Shown here: in pieces, positions 1 through 12,425 of the stretch
How the letters are laid out: each line of letters begins with the position of its first letter
Numbering within the stretch: the first letter of the stretch is position 1
DNA from: Mobula hypostoma
Lineage: Eukaryota
NCBI RefSeq assembly: GCF_963921235.1
Contig: NC_086100.1
Location: 201,502,001 to 201,566,000, forward strand
Length of the DNA: 64,000 nucleotides
Direction: 5' to 3'
Made by a program: the position numbers and the translations under genes
Notes under the pieces: model-generated
Database searches by the model: none
Seen by the model: only the letters and a program-made list of their open reading frames with translations
Told to the model about the DNA's origin: nothing

Positions 1-773
1 AGAAGTGGTGATTTCATTTGTCCGCAGCTGAAGATTAAAAAAGGCAGCACTTTGCAGCAGTTTTTGGAGTTGAACTGCATCCAATCAGGAACAGGAGCAT
101 AAGAAGAGGCAGTGATGTCATTTAGGTTTGCAGCCTAAGATTAAAAAAGGCAATTTCAGCACCCAGTTAGTGAGTGGGATTCATTAGGAAGGGCGAATGA
201 AAATAAGCAGGGGCAAGCAGAGTGGCCATTGAGAGAATGGGTCAGTGTTGGATTGGCTTTGGCTCATCAGGCTTGGGTGAGGTAAGTATCTGGCAAGTTT
301 GTTTTTTCTTCTTTATTCCTCATCTGTTAAGACACAGTTTGTGCAATGAGAATAGATCCAGGGACTGTGATTTTTTTTTTCTGTGTGTGAGATGTGAGAA
401 TTCTGGGAAACCTCCAACCTCCTGGGTAACCACATCTGCACCGGCCTCAGAGTATGTGTTAAGGAACTGGAGCTGCATCTCCATCTTCAGCTATACGGGA
501 GACTGAGGAAGTGATAGGTAGGAGCTACAGGTAGGTTGCAGGAGACAGGTAGCTGGGTGACTGTCAGGAGAAGGGAGGGATGTGGGCATCCAGTGCTGAG
601 TATTACTATGGCCATTCCCCTCAATAATAAGTATACTACTTTGAATACTGTTAAGGGGGATAACCTACCATGGGGGGCTGCAGCGACCAGGTCTCTAACA
701 CTGAATCTCATGCTACAGCTCAGAAGAGAAGAGAGGTGTAGAGAACTGCAGTAGGAACTTCCATAAATAGAGA

Positions 774-1247
774 AATATTGATTGATTGGAAAGTTGAGCC
801 TACTGGACCTGAACACCTCCCTCTGCAACTGGATCCTAGACTTCCTGACTAGGAGACCTCAGTCAGTCCGGATCGGAAGCAGCATCTCCAATACCATCAC
901 ACTGAGCACGGGGGCCCCCCAGGGCTGTGTGCTCAGTCCACTGCTGTTCAATCTGCTGACCCACAACTGTGCTGCAACACAGCTCGAACCACATCATCAA
1001 GTTCGCCGATGACACGACCATGGTGGGTCTTATCAGTAAGAACAATGAGTCACAGCGAGTACAGCGAGGCGGTGCTGCGTAGTAGTGTAGTTTAGTTTTT
1101 GTGTTGTTTTACGTAGTTCAGTGTAGTTTTTGTATTGTTTCATGTAGCATCATGGTCCTGAAAAATGTTGTCTTGTTTTTACTGTGTACTGTACCAGCAG
1201 TTATGGTCGAAATGACAATAAAAAGTGACTTGACTTGACTTGACTTG
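774..1247 (+). mobile_element. Rex1/Babar-type LINE fragment
   Basis: [21 protein letters not shown]...[15 protein letters not shown] joined to a 3' end with a (GACTT)n tail. 8-bp TSD AATAGAGA at 766-773 and 1248-1255. Confidence 0.85.
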
Positions 1248-2377
1248 AATAGAGACGAGATTCTGTGGACATGGTAGAGATACCCACAGGATATGTTGCC
1301 TCCCAGGTGCCAGGGTCAGTAGTGTCTCATTTTGGGTCCATAACATTCTGAAGGGGGAGGATGAACAGCCAGAAGTCTTGGCATGAGTGAATTACTGTAG
1401 GTAGGAAAGGTGAGGAGATCCTGAAGAGAGATTTTAAGGAGCTAGGTAGAAAGCAGAAAAAAAGAGCCTCCATGGTGGTACTCTCTGGATCACTGCCTAT
1501 GCCACATACCTGTGGAGGTAAGAATAGGATGATTTGACAGATAAATGTTTGGCTGAAGAAGTGGTGCAGGGGGGCAGTGGTTCAGATTTCTGGATCATTG
1601 GGATTTGTTTCGGGGAAGGTATGACCTCTACAAAAGAGACGGGTTACACCGAAACCCAAAGGGGACCAATATTATTGCTCGAGCTGTTCAGGAGGGTTTA
1701 AACTTATTTGGCAGGGGGGTGGGAACTAGAATGATGGTGATGAAGATGGGGTAATTGGTTTACAGACAGAGGCAGTGTGTAGTGAGTCTGCTAGCAAGGA
1801 GAGGCTGATGATCGGGAAAACTTACAAGTCAGCAGGATGAGCTGCAATGTAAAAGAGGGACTTATTCGAAAATGGTGATGAATACACCCTGAAGGTGTTG
1901 TGTTTGAATGTGCACAGTACACAGAATAAGGTAGATGAACTTGTAGCATAGTTACAGATTGGCATGTATGGCATTGTGGGTATCACTGAATCATGGCTTA
2001 AAGATTATAGCTGGCAGCTTAACATCCAAGGATACATATTGTCTTGAAAGGTCAGGCAGGAAAGCAGAGGAGATGGGGTTGTTCTGTTGGTAAAAAATGA
2101 AATCAAATCAATAGAAGTAGATGTCATAGGATCAGAAGGTGTAGAATCATTGTGGGTACAGTTAAGAAACTGTAAGGGTGAAAAGACCCTGATGGGAATT
2201 ATATATACAGATCACTGAGTAGTAGCAAATATATGATCTACAAACAGAAGATGGAAAATGCATCTCAGAAAGACAATGTTATGATAACTGTGGAGGATAT
2301 CAATATGCTGGTAGATTGGAAAAAATCAGGTTGGGTCTGGACCCCAAGAGGGTGGATTTTGTAGAATGAACACAATT

Positions 2378-2700
2378 GTGCGGATAGTCAGAGGCTTTTT
2401 CCCAGGGCTGATATGGCTATCACGAGAGGACATAGTTTTAAGGTTGTTGGAGGTAGGTACAGAGGAGATGTCAGGGTTAAGTTTTTTAAGCAGAGTGGTG
2501 AGTGCATGGAATGGGCTGCCAGTGATAGTGGTGGAGGCGGATACAATAGGGTCTTTTAAGAGTCTCCTGAATACGTACATGGAGCTTAGAAAAGTAGAGG
2601 GCTATGGGAACCCCAGTAGTTTCTAAAGTAAGTACATGTTTGGCACAGCATTGTGGGCTGAAGGGCTTGTATTGTGCTGTAGTTTTTCTATGCTTCTATA
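2378..2700 (+). mobile_element. CR1 3' end nested in the older CR1
   Basis: Matches the CR1 3' ends at 23220-23485 and 46596-46912, with a TTCTAT tail. Confidence 0.8.
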
Positions 2701-3356
2701 ACTTTTTGGAGCAAATCATGGTTAAGCCCACTTGGGGATAAGCTATTCTGGACTGAGTGTTGTAAAGTAAGCCAAAATTGATTAGAGAGCTTAAGGTAAA
2801 AGAACCCTTAGAGACCAGTGATCATAATATGATAGAATTCACACTGCAGTTTGAGAAGGGGAAGCTAAGTTCAGAAGTATCAGTATCACAGAGGAGTAAA
2901 GGGAATTACAGAGGCATGAGAGAGAAGCTGATCAAGATTGATTGAAAAGGAACACTAGCAGGGATGACAACTGTGCAGCATTAGCTGAAGTTTCTGGGAA
3001 CAATTCAGAAGGCACAGGATAGATAGATTCCAAAGAAGAAGAAGAACTATTCTAATGGCAAGATGACGTCACTGTGGAGACAAAAGAAGTCAAAGCCAAC
3101 ATAAAAACCAAAGAGAAGCCAAATAGAGCAAAAATTAATAGGAAGTTAGACGATTGGGAGGTGTTTAAAAACCAACAGAAGGCAAGTAAAAAAAAAGTCA
3201 CAAAGGAAAAAACAGAATACGAAGGTAAGCTACCAAAGGTTTCTTCAGATATATGAAGCGTAAAAAAGCAGCAAGAGTAGATATTGGACTGCTGGAAAAT
3301 AATGATCATTAGTAAAGGGGCGAGGAAATAGTGGAAGACTGAATAAGTATTTTGCA

Positions 3357-4882
3357 AGCAAGACAAAATCTGCAGATGCTGGAAATCTGAGCAACACACA
3401 CAAAATGCTGGAGGAACTCAGCAGGGCAGGCAGCATCTATGGAAAAAAGTACAGTCGACGTTTCGGGCTGAAGGGGGTTGAGAGAGAATGCCAGGCGGTA
3501 GGTGAAACTTGGAGGGGGAGGAATGAAACAAAGAGCTAGGAAGCTGATTGGTGAAAGGGACCAGAGACCATGGAAGAAAGAGGAAAAGATGGGGAGGAGC
3601 ATCAGAGGGAGGTGATGGGCAGGCAAGGAGATAACATAAGAGAGGAAAAGGGAATGGAAGCATTACTGGAAGTTTGAGAAATCGATGTTCATGCCATCAG
3701 GTTGGAGGCTACCCAAATAGATTATAAGGTGGTGTTCTAACCTGAATGGAGCCTCATCACGACAGTGGAGGAGGCCATGGATAGCCATACCGGAATGGGA
3801 AGCAGAAGTGGAATTAAAATGGGTGGCCACTGGGAGATTCTGCTTGTTCTAGTGGGTGGAGTGTAGAAGCTCAGCGAAGCAGTCTCCCAATCTTTCTTGG
3901 GTCTCACCAATATACAAGAGGCCACACCAGGAGCACCGAACACAGTATATGACTCCAACAGACTCGCAGATGAAGTGTCTCCTCAACTGGAAGGACTGTT
4001 TGAGGCGCTGAATGGTACTGAGGGAAGAGGTGTAAGGGCAGGTGAAGCATTTGTTCTGCTTGCAAGTATAAATGCCAGGAGAGAGATCAGTGGGGAGGGA
4101 CGAATGGACAAGGGAGTCGCTCACGTAGGGAGCGATCGCTGCATAAAGCAGAAAGTGGGGGGGCAGGGAAAGATGTGTTTGGTGGTGGGGTCCAGTTGGA
4201 GGTGGCAGAGGTTTCGGAGAATTATGTGCTAGACGTGGAGGCTGGTGGGATAGTAGGTGAAGACAAGAGGAACCCTATCCCTGGTAGCATGGCGGGAGGA
4301 TGGGGGTAAGAGCAGACGTGCGTGAAATGGAAGAGATGCAGTTGAAAGCAGCATTGATGGTGGAGGAAGGGAAGCCCCTTTCTTTGAAACAGCAGGACAT
4401 CTCCTTCATTCTAGAGTGAAAAGACTCATCCTGAGAGCCGATGCAGCAAAGACGGAGGAATTGAGCAAAATGGATGGCGTTTTTACAAGTAGCAGGGTGG
4501 GACAAGGTATAGTCCAGGAAGCTGTGAGAGCCCGTTGGCTTATAATAGACATCAGTGGATAAGCTGACTCCAGAGATAGAGACAGTGAGATCGAGAAACA
4601 GAAGGGAGGTGTCAGAAATGGACCAGTGTGTGAGTGACAGAGAAGTTCAAAAGGTCGGGTGGAATTTGGAGCCAAAGTGGATGAAATCGACGAGTTCAGC
4701 ACGTTTGCAAGAAGCACCACCAATGTAGTCGTCAGTGTAGTGTAGGAAAAGTGCAGGATGGTCACCAGTGTAGGCTAACAATATAGACTGTTCCACGTAG
4801 CCAACAAACAGACAGGCATAGCTGGGACCCATGTGAGTGCCCATGGCTACCCCTTTTGTTTGAAGGAACTGGGAGGACCCAA
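3357..4882 (-). mobile_element. Penelope-like element (RT plus GIY-YIG endonuclease), truncated
   Basis: Minus-strand MGTHMGPSYACLFVG and FLHYTDDYIG (RT), and CESVGVIYCVRCSWCGLLYIGET (GIY-YIG). Interrupts a CR1 at tttgca|...|gtcttcactgtg. Confidence 0.88.
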
Positions 4883-5256
4883 AGTCTTCACTGTGAATGC
4901 CACTAGCATTATGTTGGGAGTTCTAGGTGTCAATGGTCATGAAGTGTGTGAAGTTACTATTACAAGAGAGAAGTTTTTTAGAAAACCATAAGGTCTGAAG
5001 GTAGATAGGTCACCTGAACAAGATGGCATACACCCCAGGGTTCTGAAAGAGGTGGCTGAAGAGATTGTGAAGGCATTAGTAATAATTTTTCTAGAATCAA
5101 TGGATTCTGGCATGGTGTAGAAATACTTTGTTAGAAGAAGTAAAAGCATAGACTCTTTTCTAAAAGGAGAGAAAATTCAAAAACCTGAGGTGCAAAGGGA
5201 CATGGAGACCTTGTGTAGGATTCCTTAAAGGTTGAGTCAGTGGTGAGAAAGGCAAA

Positions 5257-5790
5257 TGTAATTGAAACCCCCGGTTTGCTTGGCTGCATAAGTTTAGGGA
5301 AAACATTCTCCAGTCTCGCCAGACTCGAGAGACCAAGATGGCTTTCCTGCCCCAAACCCCGGTTTGTGTGGATGCTGTGTAACTTGCTTCCCTGTTACAA
5401 ATTAGAGCCACGAAACAACAGACAGTACACTGCATACTATTAACAGAATTATATTTATGGATCTTAACTAAAGGGTTAGTGAAGAAAATCAAAAAGAAAG
5501 GGGCCATTTTAATTAAACAGTCAAATGTGCACAAATTGGAGCTCATTTTGAACTTCTGTGTCACTCACACACTGATCCCTCGGTCAGTGTGAAAGCACAC
5601 ACCACCTTCCAAATGTCGCTCGTAATCCATCTTGAACAAACGGGTCTTCCAACAGATCGTATCCTGCAACTGGTTCTCCCCAGCGTCTTCTCTCTTCATC
5701 GCTCACCAAACCAAAAAAAGCCCAAGACCAACCTTAGTGTCCCTCACTGAGAAAACCTCCCCCTAAATGGATGGCACACATTCCACATCA
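5257..5790 (-). mobile_element. Partial LTR related to the solo LTR at 39691-40269
   Basis: The reverse complement of 5360-5525 aligns by eye with 40020-40195. Confidence 0.55.
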
Positions 5791-6361
5791 TTTTCCTCCA
5801 GTGATCTTAAAATGTCACCTCCTCTTATTAGTCATTTTCACCCTGGGAAAACTCCTTGGCTATTCACTTGGCCTATGCCTCTTATCAAGAGGACAAGCAG
5901 GGTGGACAGAGGAGAGGCAGTGAATGTCATTTACATGGATCTTCAGAAGGCATTTGATAAGATGCCACAAATGAGACTGCTGGACAAGATAAAATCCTGT
6001 GACATGTCCTGATCGGTCAGGACATGGTAAGCCATGGCGGAGTGGCAGTGCAGACTCAGTGGGCTGAATGGCCTAATTCTGCTCCTTAGTCTTACGGTCT
6101 TATCATCCTGTACACCCCTATCAGCATTCTCTCATCCTTCTCCACTCCACAGAGACAAGTCCTAGGTTGCTCAACCTATTGTCAAAAGACATGCTCTTCC
6201 ATCCAGGTAGATCTCCTCTGCACCTTCTCTGAAGCTTTTACATCCTTTCTATAATGAGGCAACCAGAACTGAACAGAATGTTCCAGTGTGGTCCAACCAT
6301 GATCTTATAGAGCCACATGGTTCTTGAACTCAGTTCCCCCAAGTAATGAAGTCCAACACAC

Positions 6362-7627
6362 CATAGAATTTTTTGAGGATGTAACTAGTAGAGTGGATAG
6401 GGGAGAACCAGTGGATGTGGTATATTTGGATTTTCAAAAGGCTTTTGACAAGGTCCCACACAGGAGATCAGTGTGCAAACTTAAAGCACACGGTATTGGG
6501 GGTAAGGTATTGATGTGGATAGAGAATTGGTTAGCAGACAGGAAGCAAAGAGTGGGAATAAACGGGACATTTTCAGAATGGCAGGCAGTGACTAGTGGGG
6601 TACCGCAAGGCTCTGTGCTGGGACCCCAGTTGTTTACAATATATATTAATGACTTGGATGAGGGAATTAAATGCAGCATCTCCAAGTTTGCGTATGACAC
6701 GAAGCTGGGCGGCAGTGTTAGCTGTGAGGAGGATGCTAAGAGGATGCAGGGTGACTTGGATAGATTGGGTGAGTGGGCAAATTCCTGGCAGATGCAATTT
6801 AATGTGGATAAATGTGAAGTTATCCACTTTGGTGGAAAAAATAGGAAAACAGATTATTATCTGAATGGTGGCCGATTAGGAAAAGGGGAGGTGCAACGAG
6901 ACCTGGGTGTCATTATACACCAGTCATTGAAAGCGGGCATGCAGGTACAGCAGGCGGTGAAAAAGGCGAATGGTATGCTGGCAGTTATAGCAAGAGGATT
7001 CGAGTACAGGAGCAGGGAGGTACTACTGCAGTTGTACAAGGCCTTGGTGAGACCACACCTGGAGTATTGTGTGCAGTTTTGGTCCCCTAATCTGAGGAAA
7101 GACATCCTTGCCATAGAGGGAGTACAAAGAAGGTTCACCAGATTGATTCCTGGGATGGCAGGACTTTCATATGAAGAAAGACTGGATGAACTAGGCTTGT
7201 ACTCGTTGGAATTTAGAAGATTGAGGGGGGATCTGATTGAAACGTATAAAATCCTAAAGGGATTGGACAGGCTAGATGCAGGAAGATTGTTCCCGATGTT
7301 GGGGAAGTCCAGACCGAGGGGTCACAGTTTGAGGATAAAGGGGAAGCCTTTTAGGACTGAGATTAGGAAAAACTTCTTCACACAGAGAGTGGTGAATCTG
7401 TGGAATTCTCTGCCACAGGAAACAGTTGAGGCCAGTTCATTGGCTATATTTAAGAGGGAGTTAGATATGGCCCTTGTGGCTAGGGTGATCCGAGGGTATG
7501 GAGGGAAGGCTGGTACAGGGTTCTGAGTTGGATGATCAGCCATGATCATAATAAATGGTGGTGCAGGCTCGAAGGGCCGAATGGCCTACTCCTGCACCTA
7601 TTTTCTATGTTTTCTATGTTTCTATGT
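6362..7627 (+). mobile_element. Young 5'-truncated CR1 LINE (open RT C-terminal frame)
   Basis: 400-aa ORF with YLDFQKAFDKV, GVPQGSVLGP and KFAYDTK (catalytic ADD changed to AYD), followed by a (TTTCTATG)n tail. Confidence 0.93.
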
Positions 7628-7882
7628 GCCTCTTAGCCACCCCATCAACCTGTACAGCAACTTTGAGGGATCTATAGATCACGATCTCTCGAGTTGTACT
7701 CTCTGTTTCTCCGCACTGCCTTCAAGCTTGACCTTCCAAAGTGCACTTCACACTTACTTTACATCACTTTTTATTATTATTCCAGATTTGAAATTATTTG
7801 CTTTCCTGTTGGAAATTCACCAAGTGAATGTTGTACTGATCCAGATAATACCAACCTTCAGTCATTTACTCTTCTCTTGTAG

Positions 7883-8072
7883 AGATGTAAGATGTGGAAA
7901 GCTTCAGTGCAATGGAAAAGGCAGTTCACCAGCAATTGGTGGAAGAATGGAAAATGTGGTGTCTCAGTTCTCCAGTAAGGGCAAAAATATTGAATGTTAT
8001 GGAACATACTTCTCAGGCGATGCTGAAGGCGTTGATATGGTGGTAGATGGCACTCCCTGTGGTTCAGGAAAG
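7883..8072 (+). CDS. ADAM metalloprotease (ADAM12/19/33/15-like) internal exon, cysteine-rich domain
   Basis: Acceptor cttctcttgtag at 7871-7882 and donor AAG|gtaatt at 8073. 190 nt, phase 2 to 0. Encodes DVRCGKLQCNGKGSSPAIGG...IECYGT...DMVVDGTPCGSGK, matching the ADAM CGKLQC...V.DGT.CG.GK motifs. Confidence 0.93.
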
Positions 8073-8569
8073 GTAATTCACTTTCAGTTATAAAGATTAA
8101 CAACATAAAATATGCTATTTGATGCAGTGTCTGACCACGTCAATTCCCAGCTGTCACTCCATTGATCCATAGCTGCAAAGTGCATTATCAAGTGTTCATC
8201 TGAGTACTGTTTAAATGTGATGAAGTTTGCTTTATCAGTAACACCCCGAAAATCACAGAGAGCTTACTGATCTTTCCTCTCATCAATGGTCCTGACCTCG
8301 TTACTGTTCACCCCTTGTGGGTTTTCTCTGATTGCCATTTCTAAGATGAGGGTTGTTAAGTTAATTGAACTCCAAAGGTTTTGTCAGACATGATTCTGTT
8401 GATTGTTCCTTATTTATCTTGCTTTCAGTGTTCTATTACTCCTTCCTTAATATTGTCCTTCCTCAAGCATTGTCCTTGTACTCATGTAAGGCTCACTGGA
8501 GCATAGTTATACTTTCTGTTTCATTTCTTAAATAGTTGGGTACATTTGCTGCTGTCTAATCTGTGGGAA

Positions 8570-8900
8570 CATGGTGGTAGCATAGCAGTTAGTATAATGT
8601 TATTACAGCACCAGCCACCCAGGTTCACTTCTGCTGCTGTCTACTAAAAGTTCTACTTTCTCCCTATGACTGCAGTAGTTTCCTTTGGATGCTCCAGCTT
8701 CCTGCCACATTCCAAAGGCAGACAGGTTAAGTTTAGTAAGTAGTGGGCATTTTATGTTGGTGCCAGTATCATGTTGGCATTTGTGGGCTGCCCTCAGCAC
8801 ATCTTTATACTTCGGTGGTCATTGATGTAAACAACACATTTAAGTGTATGTTTTGATGTATGTACATGTGACAAATAAAGCTAATCTTCATCTCTTTAAG
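8570..8900 (+). mobile_element. tRNA-headed V-SINE (HE1-like), degraded
   Basis: V-domain-like tttcctttggatgctccagcttcctgccacattccaaag, a tRNA-like head and an aataaag tail. Confidence 0.7.
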
Positions 8901-9809
8901 ATCTAGAATCTGGAATTTATTGTTTGTTTTCTCTGTTCCTCTTGACTTTTCTTCTTGGTATGTTATTGTTCATCAAATATTCCTTACCCTCACCAAATAG
9001 ATTAATAGAGTCATACAGCAAGGTAACAGACCTAGCAGCCCAACCAAGATTCCCATCTAAGATAGTCACATTTGCCTTCATTTGGCTCATATCTAAGCTT
9101 TCCCCATCCACTGAAGTGCTTTTTAAATGTTGTTAATGTGCTGTACCTGCCTCAACCACTTCATCTGGCAGCTCATTCCACGTACTGACCACCCTTTGCA
9201 TGAAAATGTTGCTCCTCACAGTTTATTTAAATCTCTTCTCTCTCATCTTAAACTTCTGCACTTTAGTTCTTTATTATCCAGCTCTGGGAAAAAGACTGTG
9301 CACATACACCCTGTCTGTGACTTTCATCATTTTATAAGGCTCTCGGTAAGATTCCACTTCTCACTGTGCAAACCAGCCTCGTCTTTATGGATTCTGTCTA
9401 CATATCTCACTGCCTTGCTAAAGCAGCTGGCATAATCAAAGGCCCCACCTGCCCCAGGCATTCTCTCTTCCTACCACCAAAAATATGTTCTGATGTACGC
9501 AAATGTGACAAATAAAGCTAATCTTTATCTCTTTAAGATCTAGATGTCACAACCACGGATTCGGCAGCTCAGTAGATACAGCAATTGTGCTTGTGAATTT
9601 GCACGTCAGCTAATTATTATTTATCGTGACAGTATTTAACTCCATATTTGTCGTTGTGGTGCTTGTCGAGACTTGGACAGAGCATAGCAACGCTTTGCTG
9701 CTGTTTTGCATTTGGCCTTCCCTGGGATGTTGGACTTTCAAGTCAACTGACTCTGAAGACTAACGGTATTTGTTTAATGTTTAGATGTTCTTTTCAGCCG
9801 CAGTGTAGG

Positions 9810-11008
9810 TGTCATAAGGGGGACGCTGGTGGTGGACCCAAATGCAAGACACAGACACTGAAGTACTAGGAACAGGACTCAGAGTGTCAAGAAAGCAAGG
9901 GAAGTGGGGAAGAAAGGATGCTGGACATTGACACAGGCCCTGGACGAGACTAGGATGCAGGGTCTAGGCTAGGACATGGACAAGAAACACAGAACCCAGA
10001 CAAGGAACTAGGAGCAAGGAGCCTGGACTAGAGGCACGGAACTCCGGAACCAGAGCCTGGACAAGGACCCAGAACCTGGGTCTTGACTCGGAACCGGAAC
10101 CCAGGTCTAGGCTAGGACTCGGGACTAGGATCTTCGCAAGGACAGGACGTGGCTACAAAACAGGACGTGGAACTCCTGCACAGGACAAGGCACATGGACA
10201 GGACATGAACACAAAGCCTTGACTTGGACAGGATGGGAGACTCCTGGACAGGACGAGGGAACCCCAGCACAGGACAAGGGAACCCCAGCATCGGGCTGGG
10301 CAAGGTACTCCTGGGCTGGGCGAGGCACATAGACAGGATGAGACCCTGAAGCCTTGACTTGGTCTTGGGAGACAGGAATGCAGAGCCTTGGTCGAGGGAG
10401 AACAGGAACGCAGAGCCTTGGTCCAGGGAGAACAGGAACGCAGAATGCAGAGCTGGGACCCCTCCTTGGGAACAGGGCGTAGGGCCAGGACTCATACACA
10501 AAACACAGAGAGATAGTTCCCAACACAAGGTAGCAGCAAACGGCCAGACCTACCTAGTGAAGGCGTGGACACAGAGACAGTTCCTAACACAAGGTAGTGG
10601 CAAACAGCCAGACCTACCTAGTGAAGGCATGGACGCAGAGACGGTTACCAACACAAGGTAGCAGCAAACAGCTGGACCTACCTAGCAAAGGCATGGACAC
10701 AGAGACAGTTCCAAGCAACAATAGACAGTTCCTTATCTAGACACAGCAAGGCTCTGGTCTTGCTCCAGCAGTAGAACTTGAAAGCGATATAGGCAGAGGT
10801 TGCAGCAAGGCTTCAGGAGGAAGGTGAAGGGAACAGTCCAGCAAATGAAGCTGAACCCAGGAGCTACTTATGTAGCCAGCCCAAAATCAGAATCATGTGC
10901 CTCAATTAAGGCACACAACAGGACAAGGGAAAACCGGAAAACCTGGAATATGGATCGATGGACCAGACCGTGAAACGGAATGCGGACTTCATGGACCGGA
11001 CCATGACA
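9810..11008 (-). mobile_element. Solo LTR of a second Gypsy family inserted in the 5' LTR
   Basis: TGTCAT...ATGACA termini with 5-bp TSD GTAGG (9805-9809, 11009-11013). Absent from the 3' LTR. Contains internal tandem repeats (three units of about 64 bp at 10520-10715, and 30-bp units at 10375-10445). Confidence 0.85.
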
Positions 11009-11191
11009 GTAGGCTTCGTTTTTCTTTTGAGAGTTTTAGTTAATGGCCCTGTTTGGCCGAGTGTTTGTTGTTTTATTTTCCCTTTAACACTGTTTGTATT
11101 TAAGTCTGTGAATTATCGACCTGCTTCAGTGTCTCTCACTCCGTACTTGGGCTATATCTGAACCTGGTAACAGTAAGTCTCGAACACAAGC

Positions 11192-12425
11192 ATGGACCCA
11201 GCAGAGAGAGTGCAGCTGACCTTGGCCGTAAGATTCATTGGTCAGGTAGGAGACAAGCTACAGGGAATGGAATCCGTTCTCAGTGAAGTTACGGAGGCAA
11301 TGAGGCAGATAACTTTGTGCCAACAAGCCCAATTTTACTTGGAGGAACAGGTATCGTCCCTAGCCACAGCTGTTCAACAGCTCACCACAGACAATCGGCC
11401 TCAGGTGTCTGCGATTTCCGCACTCACGGCCGCTGTCCATGAACTTACTGTGAACAGCTAGCATCAGCTGACAACCATTAACGTTCTTGCCAGCTCAATT
11501 CAGCAGCTTCAGGCCGCCTCAGTCCCACTCCCAGCATCTCACAGGTCCTTCTTTTCTGCTGCCCCGATGATCTCTGCTACTAATGCTCCTGCTCCCGTGC
11601 CCGGACCAGATCCGACTCCCACGACTGTTCAGGAACCGAGTATTCCACCAGCAGGCAGATATTCTGGTGATCCCAATGGTTGCAGGAATTCTATTACCTG
11701 ATGTGAGTTGACATTCCAAGCCCAGTCTGGTCGTTTTGGTGGTGATGCGTGAAAATTGGCGTACATGGTTAATCTTCTTGATGGACATCCACTCAGCCTG
11801 TTCAACGCTTTACGGGAGCAAGGATACCCTGCAGCCCAGTCATTCCAACATTTTGTGGCGGAGTTAAGGAGGGTTTTTGATCTTCCAGTACGGGGTCAGG
11901 AGGCTGCCCCCCAACTCATGGACCTGCACCAAGGCAGAGGAACGGTGAGAACCTATGGAGTCAAATTCTGTACCCTTGCAGTAGAGATGGGATGGAATGA
12001 GATATCTCTCATCACTGCCTTCCAGTGTGGACTGAATGCAGGGCTCCGGCATGAGATCGCGGTCCTGGATGAGCAGGGTAGTTTGGATGACCTGATTAAT
12101 CTATTCGAGTTGACGACCGGGTAACTGAGTGGCTTAGGGAAAGAATGTTTCAAACTTCCTATGCACACCAGATCACTGTCTTTCCTCGCCCCCTCCCTCA
12201 CCTGATCACCATGTTTCCTCAACCTCTCCCCCTCCCTCACCACCCAGCACCCAGCCCACGGAGGAGCTTATGCAAGTGGGGTGCATGCTCCTGTCTTGGG
12301 AGAAACAAGAGTCGCGCTGGAGAACAGGTTCCTGCCTCTGTCGTGGTGATCCAGGACACTTCCGGGCGGCATGTTCCAAGCGTCCAGTAAAAGAGAGTAC
12401 CCGTCAGCAGGGAGGGGAATCCTGA
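11192..12425 (+). pseudogene. gag: Gypsy gag (disrupted)
   Basis: MDPAE start just after the PBS, a retrotransposon-gag-like segment (AELRRVFDLP...LMDLHQGRGTVRTYGVKF) and a degenerate Zn knuckle CLCRGDPGHFRAAC at 12333-12374. Contains stops and frameshifts. Confidence 0.85.

Larger units (their letters stand above)
1..5160 (+). mobile_element. Old near full-length CR1 LINE with nested insertions
   Basis: Tandem 5' monomers (1-210), ORF1 pieces (SWVTVRRR, NNKYTTL, esterase-like region 1250-1720) and degraded endonuclease/RT up to about 5150. Confidence 0.8.

Noticed and set aside
6324..7526. 400-aa RT ORF as a domesticated gene or active element
   Set aside because: It is a 5'-truncated CR1 with its normal tail. 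The catalytic ADD motif is mutated to AYD and the N-terminus comes from flanking sequence.
7542..8093. 183-aa ORF as a complete gene
   Set aside because: Only 7883-8072 is ADAM-like and splice-bounded. The rest is CR1 tail and intron that happen to be open.
10112..10661. Overlapping repetitive ORFs on both strands
   Set aside because: They are by-products of stop-poor tandem repeats inside a solo LTR.
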